Part shown: in pieces, positions 58,201-64,000 of the stretch
Position numbering within the stretch: position 1 is the first letter of the stretch
Layout of the letters: every line of letters begins with the position of its first letter
From: Podarcis erhardii
Lineage: Eukaryota
Strand: one strand, 5' to 3'
Assembly: GCA_964252035.1 (NCBI GenBank)
Contig: OZ176203.1
DNA: 64,000 nt
Position numbers and translations under genes: made by a program
Notes under the pieces: model-generated
What the model was told of the DNA's origin: nothing
The model's database searches: none
Seen by the model: only the letters and a program-made list of their open reading frames with translations

Positions 58201-61187
58201 ACACACATTATCAGCATTCCCAGCCCTTCCTCCCAGAGCACTCATGTGGCTGCAAACACTGCCTTTTACTGTGCACAAAAGGATCTGTGCAAAGTAAAAA
58301 GGTAGCATATCCCATCCATTGCTGGGATGAGGGGAAATACTGCATTTTACTCTTGAAAGAGCAGCCAGAGGGATCTTTTTTCCTGAGATCAAGAGATAAA
58401 GTACTCTGGCTGGTCTGTAGAGATTGCCGTCTAAAGATCAGGGAGAATACTTTATCTCAATCAAATCAGCAGATAAGCCTGTAGGGGCAGACAGGTCATT
58501 TCCCATAGCTGGGCAGCTGCATCTAGGCTGCAGGTTAAGCACTCTTGCAGAAAACAAATGAGGCCTGCTACATCAAAGTAACTACTGCAGTCTCAAACTA
58601 GATTTTGCACATTGGTGCTTCATTTCAGTGTTTGAAACCAATCGAAACATTAGTGTTGTCCTTGTAGTACAATAGAATTTCTGAAAAGCATATAAAAATG
58701 ACAAGCATATCTGGATGAATGTGGAGCAAATGTCAGTATATAGGTTCTGCTCTGCCAAATGACAATCAGGAAAAGAGGGAGCTGAGCTACCATCATTCTC
58801 CTTAAATAAAGCTGCTTGTTGACAATAGTTGGGCAAGAATGTTTATTCTTTTCTTTCTTAGCAAATGTTCTCAAAATAGTTTCCTCCTGTGTATGCTTCC
58901 TGATATCAAAATGCTTTTGTTTCCAGGTACAGGTGGGCCTTTGTTCCAGAGGTGGACACACAGGCTTACAGCATGACATCCTCAGATCTAATGGAAAATC
59001 ATCAGGAATGCAAACCACATATTGTTAGAATTGTGGACTTAATAAAGCGGAAATATGGGGTAAAGTCTAAATTTCAGTTGGTTTTCATAGTTCTAATGAT
59101 TTCATAGTTTGTTTAGAAGGATTACCTAGCTACATTTACATATATGTCCTGACTGTCCAGATTATATTTTTATAGAGTATATTTGTATCATGCTTCTTCC
59201 TTGACAACAATATAAATAAGCCTTCCAAGTCAGAATAGTGGCCTAGCATGTGGTGCAACTAGCACAATCCATGCCCAAGCATTGTAAAAAAAGGGCAGTA
59301 CAGTCGTACCTTGGAAGTTGAATGGAATCCGTTCCGGAAGTCCATTTGATTTCCAAAATGTTCAGAAACCAAAGCGCAGCTTCTGATTGGCTGCAGGAAG
59401 CTCCTTCAGCCAATTGTGGTTTTTTTAAATAATTTTTTTTATTAATTTTCTATTTTTACAATCCAATAGGCCACATTAATACAATTCCAAATTATAATAT
59501 AATCCAAATAAAATAACCAATTATTCCATACCAAAGCGCATAACTTTGTGTGGCTTCCCATGCTCTGAGGTTCGGGCCATAATGATCTAATGACCTGCAA
59601 TAGAACTTAGTCCAAATAATACAATTCTTGTGTTAATCCTTCTTTTATTTTGTCAGTCACTGATCCAACAACTTTCTTTCGCCTTTAAATAGTCCATCTG
59701 TTAATTTAGCAAGAGGGTTAATCCTGTGTTATTCTGTGTAGAATATTTTCTGAGCTTCTTCTTACTTCTTCCTGTTGTCATCCAAAAGTCTTAGCAACTC
59801 TCTGTTGGTTTCGTTTCTGCACACAAGGGTAATTTTCAGTGCATCACTCCAAGACAAAGAAGTCTGGCATCCCGCCATTAACCCCGGGCAGATATCCAAG
59901 ATTTTGTACTGTGATCTCATTCCAACCGTTAATGAGCAGATTCTTCCCAAAACCCTGATAAATCTAGTCTGGAATTCTTTTTATCTTTCCAATTAGGGTC
60001 ATTGCCAAATCCTAATCAAGATTCTACACAGTTCCATCCTTTAGTTAACCCATAGAAATAATCAAACGGTCTTTGAATCCGGCTTGCATTTTCAAATCAT
60101 TTATCATTTCGGGGGAGATTTGCCGAATAAAACAGCAAGTATAAAATATACCGAGAGAGTAAAAAATAGAGGCTCACACACACCCCCACATACCATTCCA
60201 ATTGCGATAGAAGTCCTTCGCCAGATCGAAACCTTAGCCCTCAAGACAACCTGCCAACTGAATCAGTCTCTCTCTCCCCTAATTCAGAGCATGCCTGTTT
60301 ATTAAGTCCAAATATCACCTTAACAGGAGTACTTCCACTCATGGCGTTGGCTTTGGAGAGTTGTTGATTATGCGCGGTGCATAACACCCAGCGCCCCCTG
60401 CCCCCTGCATTCCTTCGGAACGGGTGGGAAGTATTGGAGGATCTGCAGGTGAAGCTAGCCTCCCCCGGCCCTGGGGGAGTTTTGTGAGTATAATTACTCC
60501 CATATCATCCTCAATTAGCCACGCGAAGTGACTCCGCTGGCATGGGCACAACTGATCGCCATGGTGGTCCGCGCCAGAAGCTGCTTTTTTGCTCCTTCAG
60601 CCAATTGGAAGCTGCAGAAGTCCCACCAGACGTTCGGCTTCCAAAAATAGTTCGCAAACCGGAACAGTCACTTCCAGGTTTGCGGCGTTCAGGAGCCAAA
60701 ATGTTTGAGAACTAAGCTGTTCGAAAACCAAGGTACGACTGTAATCTAAAAAAGGAAAGCGGTTGGAATTGAAAAACCTGTTATCTAAGCTTTGGTAAAA
60801 TAAACTAATTGTACAATGTTAAAAACTGCTGAATTAAAATTAAAATCCCAGTATTCAATACATGTTTCAGTTTATATACTAAACAAAATTCCTGTAAATG
60901 TGTATTTGCAACTTTAATTTTTTATGTTCTTACAGGATCAAACTACCAATGAGAGAGCAACAAAGCACTATAGCTTCCCTCTTTTGGACCTTCGTTCTAT
61001 CTCGAGCATCACACAGTTAATGCCATTCTTCAGGATACTAAGCTGTGCTTTTAAAACTGAAAGCAGCAAGGCACTGAATAGCTCAAAGGATTTCAAACTG
61101 GACTATCCAACTGGCAGTGGAACAAGGACACTGAAATTACTGGAAGAGTGTGTGGAGCATGACTTTATAGAAAATATGGAAAGTTAA
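7133..61187 (+). CDS. DOP1B: DOP1B / Dopey-2 (DOP1 leucine zipper-like protein B), complete spliced CDS: 36 coding exons, 6882 nt, 2293 aa
   Basis: The spliced translation starts [46 protein letters not shown] and ends ...[15 protein letters not shown]. It follows my recollection of human DOP1B (about 2298 aa, starts MDPEEQELL) throughout; DOP1A starts differently. All introns are GT-AG and all phases are compatible. Confidence 0.97.
9637..9772. mobile_element. hAT-type palindromic MITE, same family as 5651
   Basis: CAGGCATAGG...CCTATGCCTG; exact 8-bp TSD GTCTTGGC (9629-9636 and 9773-9780). Confidence 0.85.
9949..10311. mobile_element. hAT-type non-autonomous element
   Basis: Imperfect TIRs TAGGTCTGGGCAATA / TATCGCCTAGTCCTA; flanks ATTCAGAC and ATTCAGAA (7 of 8 bp TSD match). 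Confidence 0.7.
12985..13062 (+). mobile_element. CR1 LINE extreme 3'-end fragment
   Basis: ...GGACTAGATGACCC...CCCAACTCTACAATTCTGTGA; the reverse complement resembles the start of the CR1 copy at 21305. Confidence 0.6.
13763..14148 (-). mobile_element. Sauria-type SINE, near full length
   Basis: Reverse complement of the 41214 copy: tRNA-like head at the right end (...CCACAGCGCTATCCACGTCCC) and AAAGGTAAA tail at the left. Confidence 0.85.
14649..14830 (+). CDS. DOP1B: DOP1B exon 3
   Basis: ttttacag|GCT; [60 protein letters not shown]; AG|gtaaac; 182 nt; absent from the ORF track. Confidence 0.95.
15365..15535 (+). CDS. DOP1B: DOP1B exon 4
   Basis: ctccag|C; [19 protein letters not shown]...GSEIYD; AG|gttggt; 171 nt. 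Confidence 0.95.
16645..16838. mobile_element. Penelope-like terminal fragment with an inverted duplication (perfect 65-bp arms)
   Basis: Arms 16645-16709 and 16726-16790 are exact reverse complements. A 14-bp direct repeat TCATTGGGTGATTC flanks the insertion (16635-16648 and 16839-16852). The family call comes from my recollection of reptile Penelope ends (TAAGGTGCTAC...AACACGGCTACC). Confidence 0.7.
17387..17576 (+). CDS. DOP1B: DOP1B exon 5
   Basis: taacag|G; [26 protein letters not shown]...LGTDTKLM; ATG|gtaggt; 190 nt. Confidence 0.95.
18424..18522 (+). CDS. DOP1B: DOP1B exon 6
   Basis: cttacag|GTG; [33 protein letters not shown]; TTG|gtaagg; 99 nt. Confidence 0.95.
19084..19207 (+). 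CDS. DOP1B: DOP1B exon 7
   Basis: gtttag|GAT; [41 protein letters not shown]; G|gtactg; 124 nt. Confidence 0.95.
20877..20986 (+). CDS. DOP1B: DOP1B exon 8
   Basis: tctcag|GT; [36 protein letters not shown]; GAG|gtgcgt; 110 nt. Confidence 0.93.
21305..21850 (-). mobile_element. CR1 LINE 3' fragment (ORF2 C-terminus and 3' UTR)
   Basis: The minus frame reads [29 protein letters not shown]...[13 protein letters not shown], a typical CR1 ORF2 C-terminus. (ATTCTATG)-like tail at the left end; left boundary clear, right boundary approximate. Confidence 0.85.
21582..21605. repeat. (TTC)8 microsatellite inside the CR1 fragment
   Basis: Counted directly; gives the poly-Glu run in the CR1 frame. 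Confidence 0.9.
22217..22331 (+). CDS. DOP1B: DOP1B exon 9
   Basis: taacag|GCG; [38 protein letters not shown]; G|gtaaga; 115 nt. Confidence 0.95.
23964..24084 (+). CDS. DOP1B: DOP1B exon 10
   Basis: gttgaag|GA; [39 protein letters not shown]; AG|gtatgc; 121 nt. Confidence 0.93.
24784..24903 (+). CDS. DOP1B: DOP1B exon 11
   Basis: ttttag|T; [39 protein letters not shown]; AG|gtagcg; 120 nt. Confidence 0.95.
25678..25774 (+). CDS. DOP1B: DOP1B exon 12
   Basis: ttgcag|A; [32 protein letters not shown]; TTA|gtaagt; 97 nt; the N-terminal half is divergent. Confidence 0.9.
26330..26685. mobile_element. Tc1/mariner-type MITE, family B
   Basis: TA-CAGTGGTGC...GCACCACTG-TA, with internal GCAAGACGAA subterminal repeats and CCGCTAA-like microrepeats; CpG-rich. 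Confidence 0.8.
26820..27011 (+). CDS. DOP1B: DOP1B exon 13
   Basis: ttatag|GAA; [17 protein letters not shown]...[14 protein letters not shown]; ACT|gtaggt (phase 0 is required by exon 14); 192 nt. Confidence 0.9.
28185..28875 (+). CDS. DOP1B: DOP1B exon 14
   Basis: tttcag|AGC; SPMREENQ...[14 protein letters not shown]...HLSLFQVP; G|gtaaga; 691 nt. Confidence 0.95.
29983..30254 (+). CDS. DOP1B: DOP1B exon 15
   Basis: cctcag|GT; [19 protein letters not shown]...SEKTDFYQ; CAG|gtaatg; 272 nt. Confidence 0.95.
31308..31460 (+). CDS. DOP1B: DOP1B exon 16
   Basis: ctacag|AGA; [51 protein letters not shown]; AAA|gtaagg; 153 nt. Confidence 0.95.
32664..32764 (+). CDS. DOP1B: DOP1B exon 17
   Basis: cctaag|GGG; [33 protein letters not shown]; AG|gtattg; 101 nt. 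Confidence 0.95.
33328..33518 (+). CDS. DOP1B: DOP1B exon 18
   Basis: atccag|G; [23 protein letters not shown]...VKQKNSA; G|gtaaga; 191 nt. Confidence 0.95.
35237..36854 (+). CDS. DOP1B: DOP1B exon 19 (large 1618-nt internal exon with an acidic Ser-rich linker)
   Basis: tttcag|AA; [10 protein letters not shown]...[20 protein letters not shown]...[25 protein letters not shown]; AG|gtaaga. Confidence 0.96.
37583..37694 (+). CDS. DOP1B: DOP1B exon 20
   Basis: ccccaaag|C; [37 protein letters not shown]; AAG|gtaatg; 112 nt. Confidence 0.93.
38573..38758 (+). CDS. DOP1B: DOP1B exon 21
   Basis: ttcccag|TCA; [23 protein letters not shown]...[10 protein letters not shown]; AAA|gtacgt; 186 nt. Confidence 0.94.
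39885..40010 (+). CDS. DOP1B: DOP1B exon 22
   Basis: ttatag|ACG; [42 protein letters not shown]; AAG|gtaaag; 126 nt. Confidence 0.94.
40309..40443 (+). CDS. DOP1B: DOP1B exon 23
   Basis: tttcag|ATT; [45 protein letters not shown]; GAG|gtaggt; 135 nt. Confidence 0.94.
41093..41148 (+). CDS. DOP1B: DOP1B exon 24
   Basis: ttccag|AAA; [18 protein letters not shown]; AG|gtaaat; 56 nt. Confidence 0.93.
41214..41566 (+). mobile_element. Sauria-type SINE, full length with TSD
   Basis: Head GACGCGGGTGGCGCTGTGG and GGTTCAAAT B-box-like motif, tail CCTTTACCTT, exact 15-bp TSD TAACTACAAACATTA (41199-41213 and 41567-41581). Confidence 0.9.
42540..43240 (+). mobile_element. L1/Tx1-type LINE ORF2 remnant (linker just before the RT domain)
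   Basis: The frame reads ...[15 protein letters not shown]...[48 protein letters not shown], matching the L1-clade K[12 protein letters not shown] motif. Interrupted by stops; boundaries approximate. Confidence 0.8.
43365..43431 (-). mobile_element. Fragment of the same Penelope-like terminus
   Basis: GTAGCACCTTAGAGACCAACTAAGTTTGTTCTGGGTATAAGCTTTCGTGTGCATGCACACTTC closely matches the left arm at 16645. Confidence 0.7.
43850..43954 (+). CDS. DOP1B: DOP1B exon 25
   Basis: cctcag|A; [34 protein letters not shown]; AG|gtacgg; 105 nt. Confidence 0.94.
44056..44122 (+). CDS. DOP1B: DOP1B exon 26
   Basis: ctgcag|C; [22 protein letters not shown]; CAG|gtactc; 67 nt; follows a 101-nt intron. Confidence 0.94.
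46209..46353 (+). CDS. DOP1B: DOP1B exon 27
   Basis: tttcag|GAG; [48 protein letters not shown]; G|gtaaga; 145 nt. Confidence 0.95.
46543..47371. mobile_element. Tc1/mariner (pogo-like) non-autonomous element, family C, with an internal GC-rich hairpin array
   Basis: TA-CCATATTTTT...AAAAATATGG-TA TIRs; subterminal CCCATAGGACGC motifs at both ends; internal 119-120 bp repeats. Confidence 0.8.
46730..47220. repeat. GC-rich minisatellite, about 4 x 119-120 bp
   Basis: CAGGCTGCTATC recurs at 46790, 46909, 47028 and 47148. Confidence 0.9.
47555..47779. mobile_element. Tc1/mariner-type MITE, family A, complete
   Basis: TA-CAGTGGTACCTCGGG...CCCGAGGTACTACTG-TA. Confidence 0.85.
49323..49405 (+). 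CDS. DOP1B: DOP1B exon 28
   Basis: ctacag|AT; [27 protein letters not shown]; GAG|gtgagt; 83 nt. Confidence 0.94.
49610..49707 (+). mobile_element. Fragment of the same Penelope-like terminus
   Basis: GAAGAAGTGTGCATGCACACGGAAGCTCATACC...TAAGGTGCTACTGGAAGGAATT closely matches the right arm at 16726. Confidence 0.7.
49792..49901 (+). CDS. DOP1B: DOP1B exon 29
   Basis: ccatag|GTT; [36 protein letters not shown]; AG|gtaaat; 110 nt. Confidence 0.95.
50601..50747 (+). CDS. DOP1B: DOP1B exon 30
   Basis: ttacag|T; [48 protein letters not shown]; CA|gtaagg; 147 nt. Confidence 0.95.
51300..51361 (+). CDS. DOP1B: DOP1B exon 31
   Basis: cttcag|T; [20 protein letters not shown]; A|gtaagt; 62 nt. Confidence 0.94.
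51514..51642 (+). CDS. DOP1B: DOP1B exon 32
   Basis: ttacag|CT; [42 protein letters not shown]; G|gtgagt; 129 nt. Confidence 0.95.
52440..52720 (+). mobile_element. L2 LINE RT fragment, degenerate
   Basis: [19 protein letters not shown] resembles the L2 motif WM-x-x-NKLKLNPDKTEV; boundaries approximate. Confidence 0.65.
53440..53610 (+). mobile_element. L2 LINE C-terminal fragment, probably the same insertion as 52440
   Basis: LVTSMLE...GLP...[18 protein letters not shown] resembles L2 LVTSRLDYCN...VQNAAARLLTG...DHI. Confidence 0.6.
53758..53894 (+). CDS. DOP1B: DOP1B exon 33
   Basis: ttctag|AG; [45 protein letters not shown]; CTG|gtaaat; 137 nt. Confidence 0.95.
54050..54381 (-). mobile_element. 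Sauria-type SINE with TSD
   Basis: Homologous to the other two copies; 9-bp TSD CTGACATCA (54041-54049 and 54382-54390). Confidence 0.88.
55312..55367 (+). CDS. DOP1B: DOP1B exon 34
   Basis: acccag|ATT; [18 protein letters not shown]; AA|gtaaga; 56 nt. Confidence 0.92.
56829..56984 (+). CDS. DOP1B: DOP1B exon 35
   Basis: tcgcag|G; HNSKISKQK...[24 protein letters not shown]; AT|gtaagc; 156 nt. Confidence 0.93.
58927..59059 (+). CDS. DOP1B: DOP1B exon 36
   Basis: ttccag|G; [44 protein letters not shown]; GGG|gtaaag; 133 nt. Confidence 0.94.
59301..60741. mobile_element. Tc1/mariner-type MITE, family D (~250 bp), split by a nested insertion
   Basis: Perfect 14-bp TIRs CAGTCGTACCTTGG / CCAAGGTACGACTG with TA on both sides; the halves are 59301-59416 and 60608-60741. 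Confidence 0.85.
59417..60590 (-). mobile_element. Unclassified 1174-bp retroposon-like insertion
   Basis: Exact 17-bp TSD GCTCCTTCAGCCAATTG (59400-59416 and 60591-60607). T-rich left end containing TTTATT (AATAAA plus A-rich tail on the minus strand), CpG-rich right end, no long ORF. Confidence 0.7.
60936..61187 (+). CDS. DOP1B: DOP1B exon 37, terminal coding part
   Basis: ttacag|GAT; [17 protein letters not shown]...SITQLMPFF...[18 protein letters not shown]; 252 nt including the stop. Confidence 0.94.
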   Translation, partial: DQTTNERATKHYSFPLLDLRSISSITQLMPFFRILSCAFKTESSKALNSSKDFKLDYPTGSGTRTLKLLEECVEHDFIENMES

Positions 61188-61868
61188 TATGCTTTAAAGT
61201 ACTTGTATTATATAAAGGTTGTAATTGTCACTCAGTTTCAATTGTATTGAAAAAATGTAAATATGAGAATGAAACATTTTAATGTTGACAGATTTTACTT
61301 CAGTTTGTTTTTTCCTACTGATGTAATCTTTCACCTGTTCTATGTCTTGTTGATAAGTGGCATGTTGCCTCAGGTTTTGTGGAAGCAAATTAGCATTATA
61401 AATGTGCACATGTCTTAAGATGATTTTTGTTTCTTTGTTTTACTTCCAAAGTAAAACAAACATACTTTAGTTCCTCATGCAATGAAGGCAATAGATAGCA
61501 AATCAATCTGAACAAGACTATAATTCATAGGAAATTTTAAAGACAGGATCAAGATATAAACATAGAATATTTATAACAGGCTTGTTGGCAGATGGGAACA
61601 CTCTTCTGAAGTTATTTTAGTCCTGCCTCTGAACATCTCTGTAGTAAGCAGATGCAAACAAAATAGCATGCTGTACGAATATCTTTTAACAAATATTTTC
61701 TAACAAAATATCTGTGATCCTTCTGCCGTAGCCTTTACAGCCTAAGCCTACAAGCATATGCAGTAGGCCTTGCTGATCTTAATGGAAATTGCTTTTTGGT
61801 AACGATTCATAAGATTTTAGGTTACAAGGGATATGTTTGCATAGGATATATACAACTAAGAAGGAAAA

Positions 61869-62077
61869 AATAAATTATTGGAAATTTATTTGACTGGTTT
61901 TAAAGTCATTATAGTCTTCTGTAGTTTGCTGAGTCATTGCTGAATTATGTTTAGGCCTAGAAAAACATTTTTTAAAAATCAGGAAAATCTCTTTTTTTAA
62001 ATTACGAAAGAGAAAAACATTAAAAATTGTGTGCATAGGGACTGCACAATTCTTGAAAGGCATGTATATATAATAAA
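61869..62077 (+). terminator. Candidate DOP1B polyadenylation signals (AATAAA at 61869-61874 and 62072-62077)
   Basis: First canonical hexamers I found after the stop codon in the AT-rich 3' region; which one is used cannot be determined from sequence. Confidence 0.5.
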
Positions 62078-62401
62078 ATGTAGTATTAGAGGTACTTAAT
62101 TTTCTAAGCAAATACTTTACAGTGCTGCACAAAAACATCTGTGCAGATAAATATTTCCTCTTTTAAAGTGTTGCAAAAGACTGGAAACATCTGCTTTTGT
62201 TGTGATTTACGGTAGTTTGAGGGAGAAGGTTTTGGTTCTGCCATCTTTCTGACAGAGCATTTGTAATGCACAAGCAGACTAGGATTTGTGGAGGGTATTG
62301 GCTAGATGGGTGTCATGCTAGCTTCAACTGGAAAAAGTGTTAAAACAAGAAGTCTAGATAAACAGAATTGCTAGCCTGTTCTTTAAATGTATTGGATATT
62401 A

Positions 62402-62952
62402 TGTAGCCTGAACCTTGTCCTGCCAGGGAATCGTTCGCCCGCGTCCCCAGTACCGAAGAGAGAGCAAAAAGCACCAGGAAAGATTCTTCTTTGGAGAAAA
62501 GAGTTTATTGCAATCTGTGCACAGAGTCAACCAGCAGAATAGCTTCTGAAAAACTGGCTGCCCCGCAATACACTTCAGCAAACTTTCTTATACTTTCTGA
62601 ACATTCTCCCCCCTCCCATACCTTCCCCAAACTTCCCCAATCAGCTGGCAAATGTTCAACTTATTCCCTTATATGGCACATCTATATTGCTTGCTAAACA
62701 TTCCATCTCCCTCATACATGTCTTTCTGCTGGCTAAGCACTCCCCCTCCCCTTTTGCTTGTACGTGTCTTTCTTATCTTTGCATTATTAAGGCAAGAAGC
62801 GCAAGGCAGGAAACGGCCTCCTCAGCAGGCCTGGTTAGGTTTGCAAACAGCTGCAGTTTCTTGCTAGCTGGCAAGGCAGGAAATGGACTCTTGACCTGCC
62901 AGACAGATTTAGCAAACAGACACTGTGGCTGTGTGCTAACTGTCTGACCACA
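62402..62952 (-). mobile_element. Probable solo LTR
   Basis: TG...CA ends (TGTAGCC / GACCACA). On the minus strand, TATAAGAA (62592-62585) precedes AATAAA (62509-62504), in U3-R-U5 order. Flanks ATTA and ATTG (3 of 4 bp TSD match). Confidence 0.55.
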
Positions 62953-64000
62953 ATTGCAGAAGCAGGATTAGCAGGATTAGCACAGAAATTTACTGCAGAT
63001 AATATGGAGAGCAAAATTCCTTCTCAGGTACAAGGTACAGAGAATATTGTGAGTAACCCTTCCCATCTCCCTTCAATTATGCTTTCCTATTTTTATAACT
63101 GTTGATGTAAATAATACTATTTCTTTAGCATGTATTTCCTTTCCCCCACAATATTGATATATCTAGCACCTTCACTTCCAAAAAAAAAAAAGACTGGGCA
63201 GAATCCAGCCAAACCTGAGCACTTTTATTTCCCATTTCCTTCAGTAGGAATTTTTTAAATCTATTTAAATCTCTCCACTGAAATCAATGGGGCTTAAAAG
63301 TCCTTGGATAGGGATGAATTGTGCCGCACGTGTTTTTGTTTTGGTTTTTTTGTGTGTGTGTGTGTGCAATATTTTTGTGGAACACTTGGATTTGAATAAT
63401 TAAAGCCAAGAGGTGTTTTCCTTTTTCCTTTTTTATTTCAGTGTTGTCACTTTTTAGAAAACTGCCCACCAGTACCAAAAACACGTGGTGTATAGTACAA
63501 AGGTTTCTGACAACATTCTTTCAACATTTTATATAGTAGACTATTTGTGTGTTCTTATCTACCGGCCAATTAATAATGGGGTTTCGGAATTCATTTTGAT
63601 ACTAAATAAAATGCTGATACATGCATTACATGCTTTATTGTAATTATGTTAAAGGGACTAAAATAAGCCTTTGCTTGTTTATATTTTTGGTAAAGTGATG
63701 ATGAAATTATGCTTCTAAGCTAAACCCTCATTATGAATGTGAAATTAAATTCATCTGAATGTAAATTAATTTCATAAGTTGCTTTATCAAAGGTATGAAG
63801 GTGGTGTATCCATTTTAAAGCATACCTTGCCGCTCCAATATTACGCGTTCATTGGAATTTTAAAACAATTTCAAAACTTTAAGCAAATGTTGCCAACACT
63901 CAGGGAAACAGAAAAGTCTTCATTTGCAACATTAGTTGTATGACAAGGAACTCTCTGTGTATTCCATTCTTTCTTGTCCTATTTCTAGTACTGTGAAGTG

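Noticed and set aside
7133-61187. Possible pseudogenisation, U12-type or GC-AG introns in DOP1B
   Set aside because: All 35 introns between coding exons are GT-AG, none has the GTATCCTT U12 donor, phases match, and I saw no internal stops.
63695-63758. Box C (GTGATGA) and box D (CTGA) spaced like a C/D snoRNA
   Set aside because: No terminal stem, not intronic, no evident rRNA-complementary guide; such motifs occur by chance in AT-rich DNA.
1-64000. CRISPR arrays, operons, rRNA or other prokaryotic/viral systems
   Set aside because: The sequence is an intron-rich vertebrate locus; the only regular array (46730-47220) has no unique spacers and no cas genes.

Overview
Vertebrate genomic DNA, most likely from a squamate (probably lacertid) lizard; this is inferred from the Sauria-type SINEs, CR1/L2/L1/Penelope-like remnants and the hAT and Tc1/mariner MITE families. 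The window holds one complete protein-coding gene on the + strand, DOP1B (DOPEY2). I reconstructed it by hand as a CpG-island non-coding first exon (donor after 2817) plus 36 GT-AG coding exons from ATG 7133 to TAA 61187. The exon lengths sum to 6882 nt (2293 aa + stop) with every intron phase matching. Most other entries in the ORF track are spurious or fragments of these exons or of retroelements. I found no prokaryote-type systems (no CRISPR, operons or rRNA) and cannot claim a new biological system. The best leads are: (1) a perfect-Kozak upstream ORF through an (AGC)12 repeat in exon 1, in frame with DOP1B but closed by a stop made at the splice junction; (2) a divergent TATA-driven transcript candidate; (3) an unclassified ~1.17-kb insertion with a 17-bp target-site duplication (TSD) nested inside a MITE; (4) a MITE carrying an array of 119-bp GC-rich hairpins and a 46-bp perfect palindrome; (5) a perfect 65-bp Penelope-type inverted repeat; (6) an antisense solo LTR just past the 3' end.
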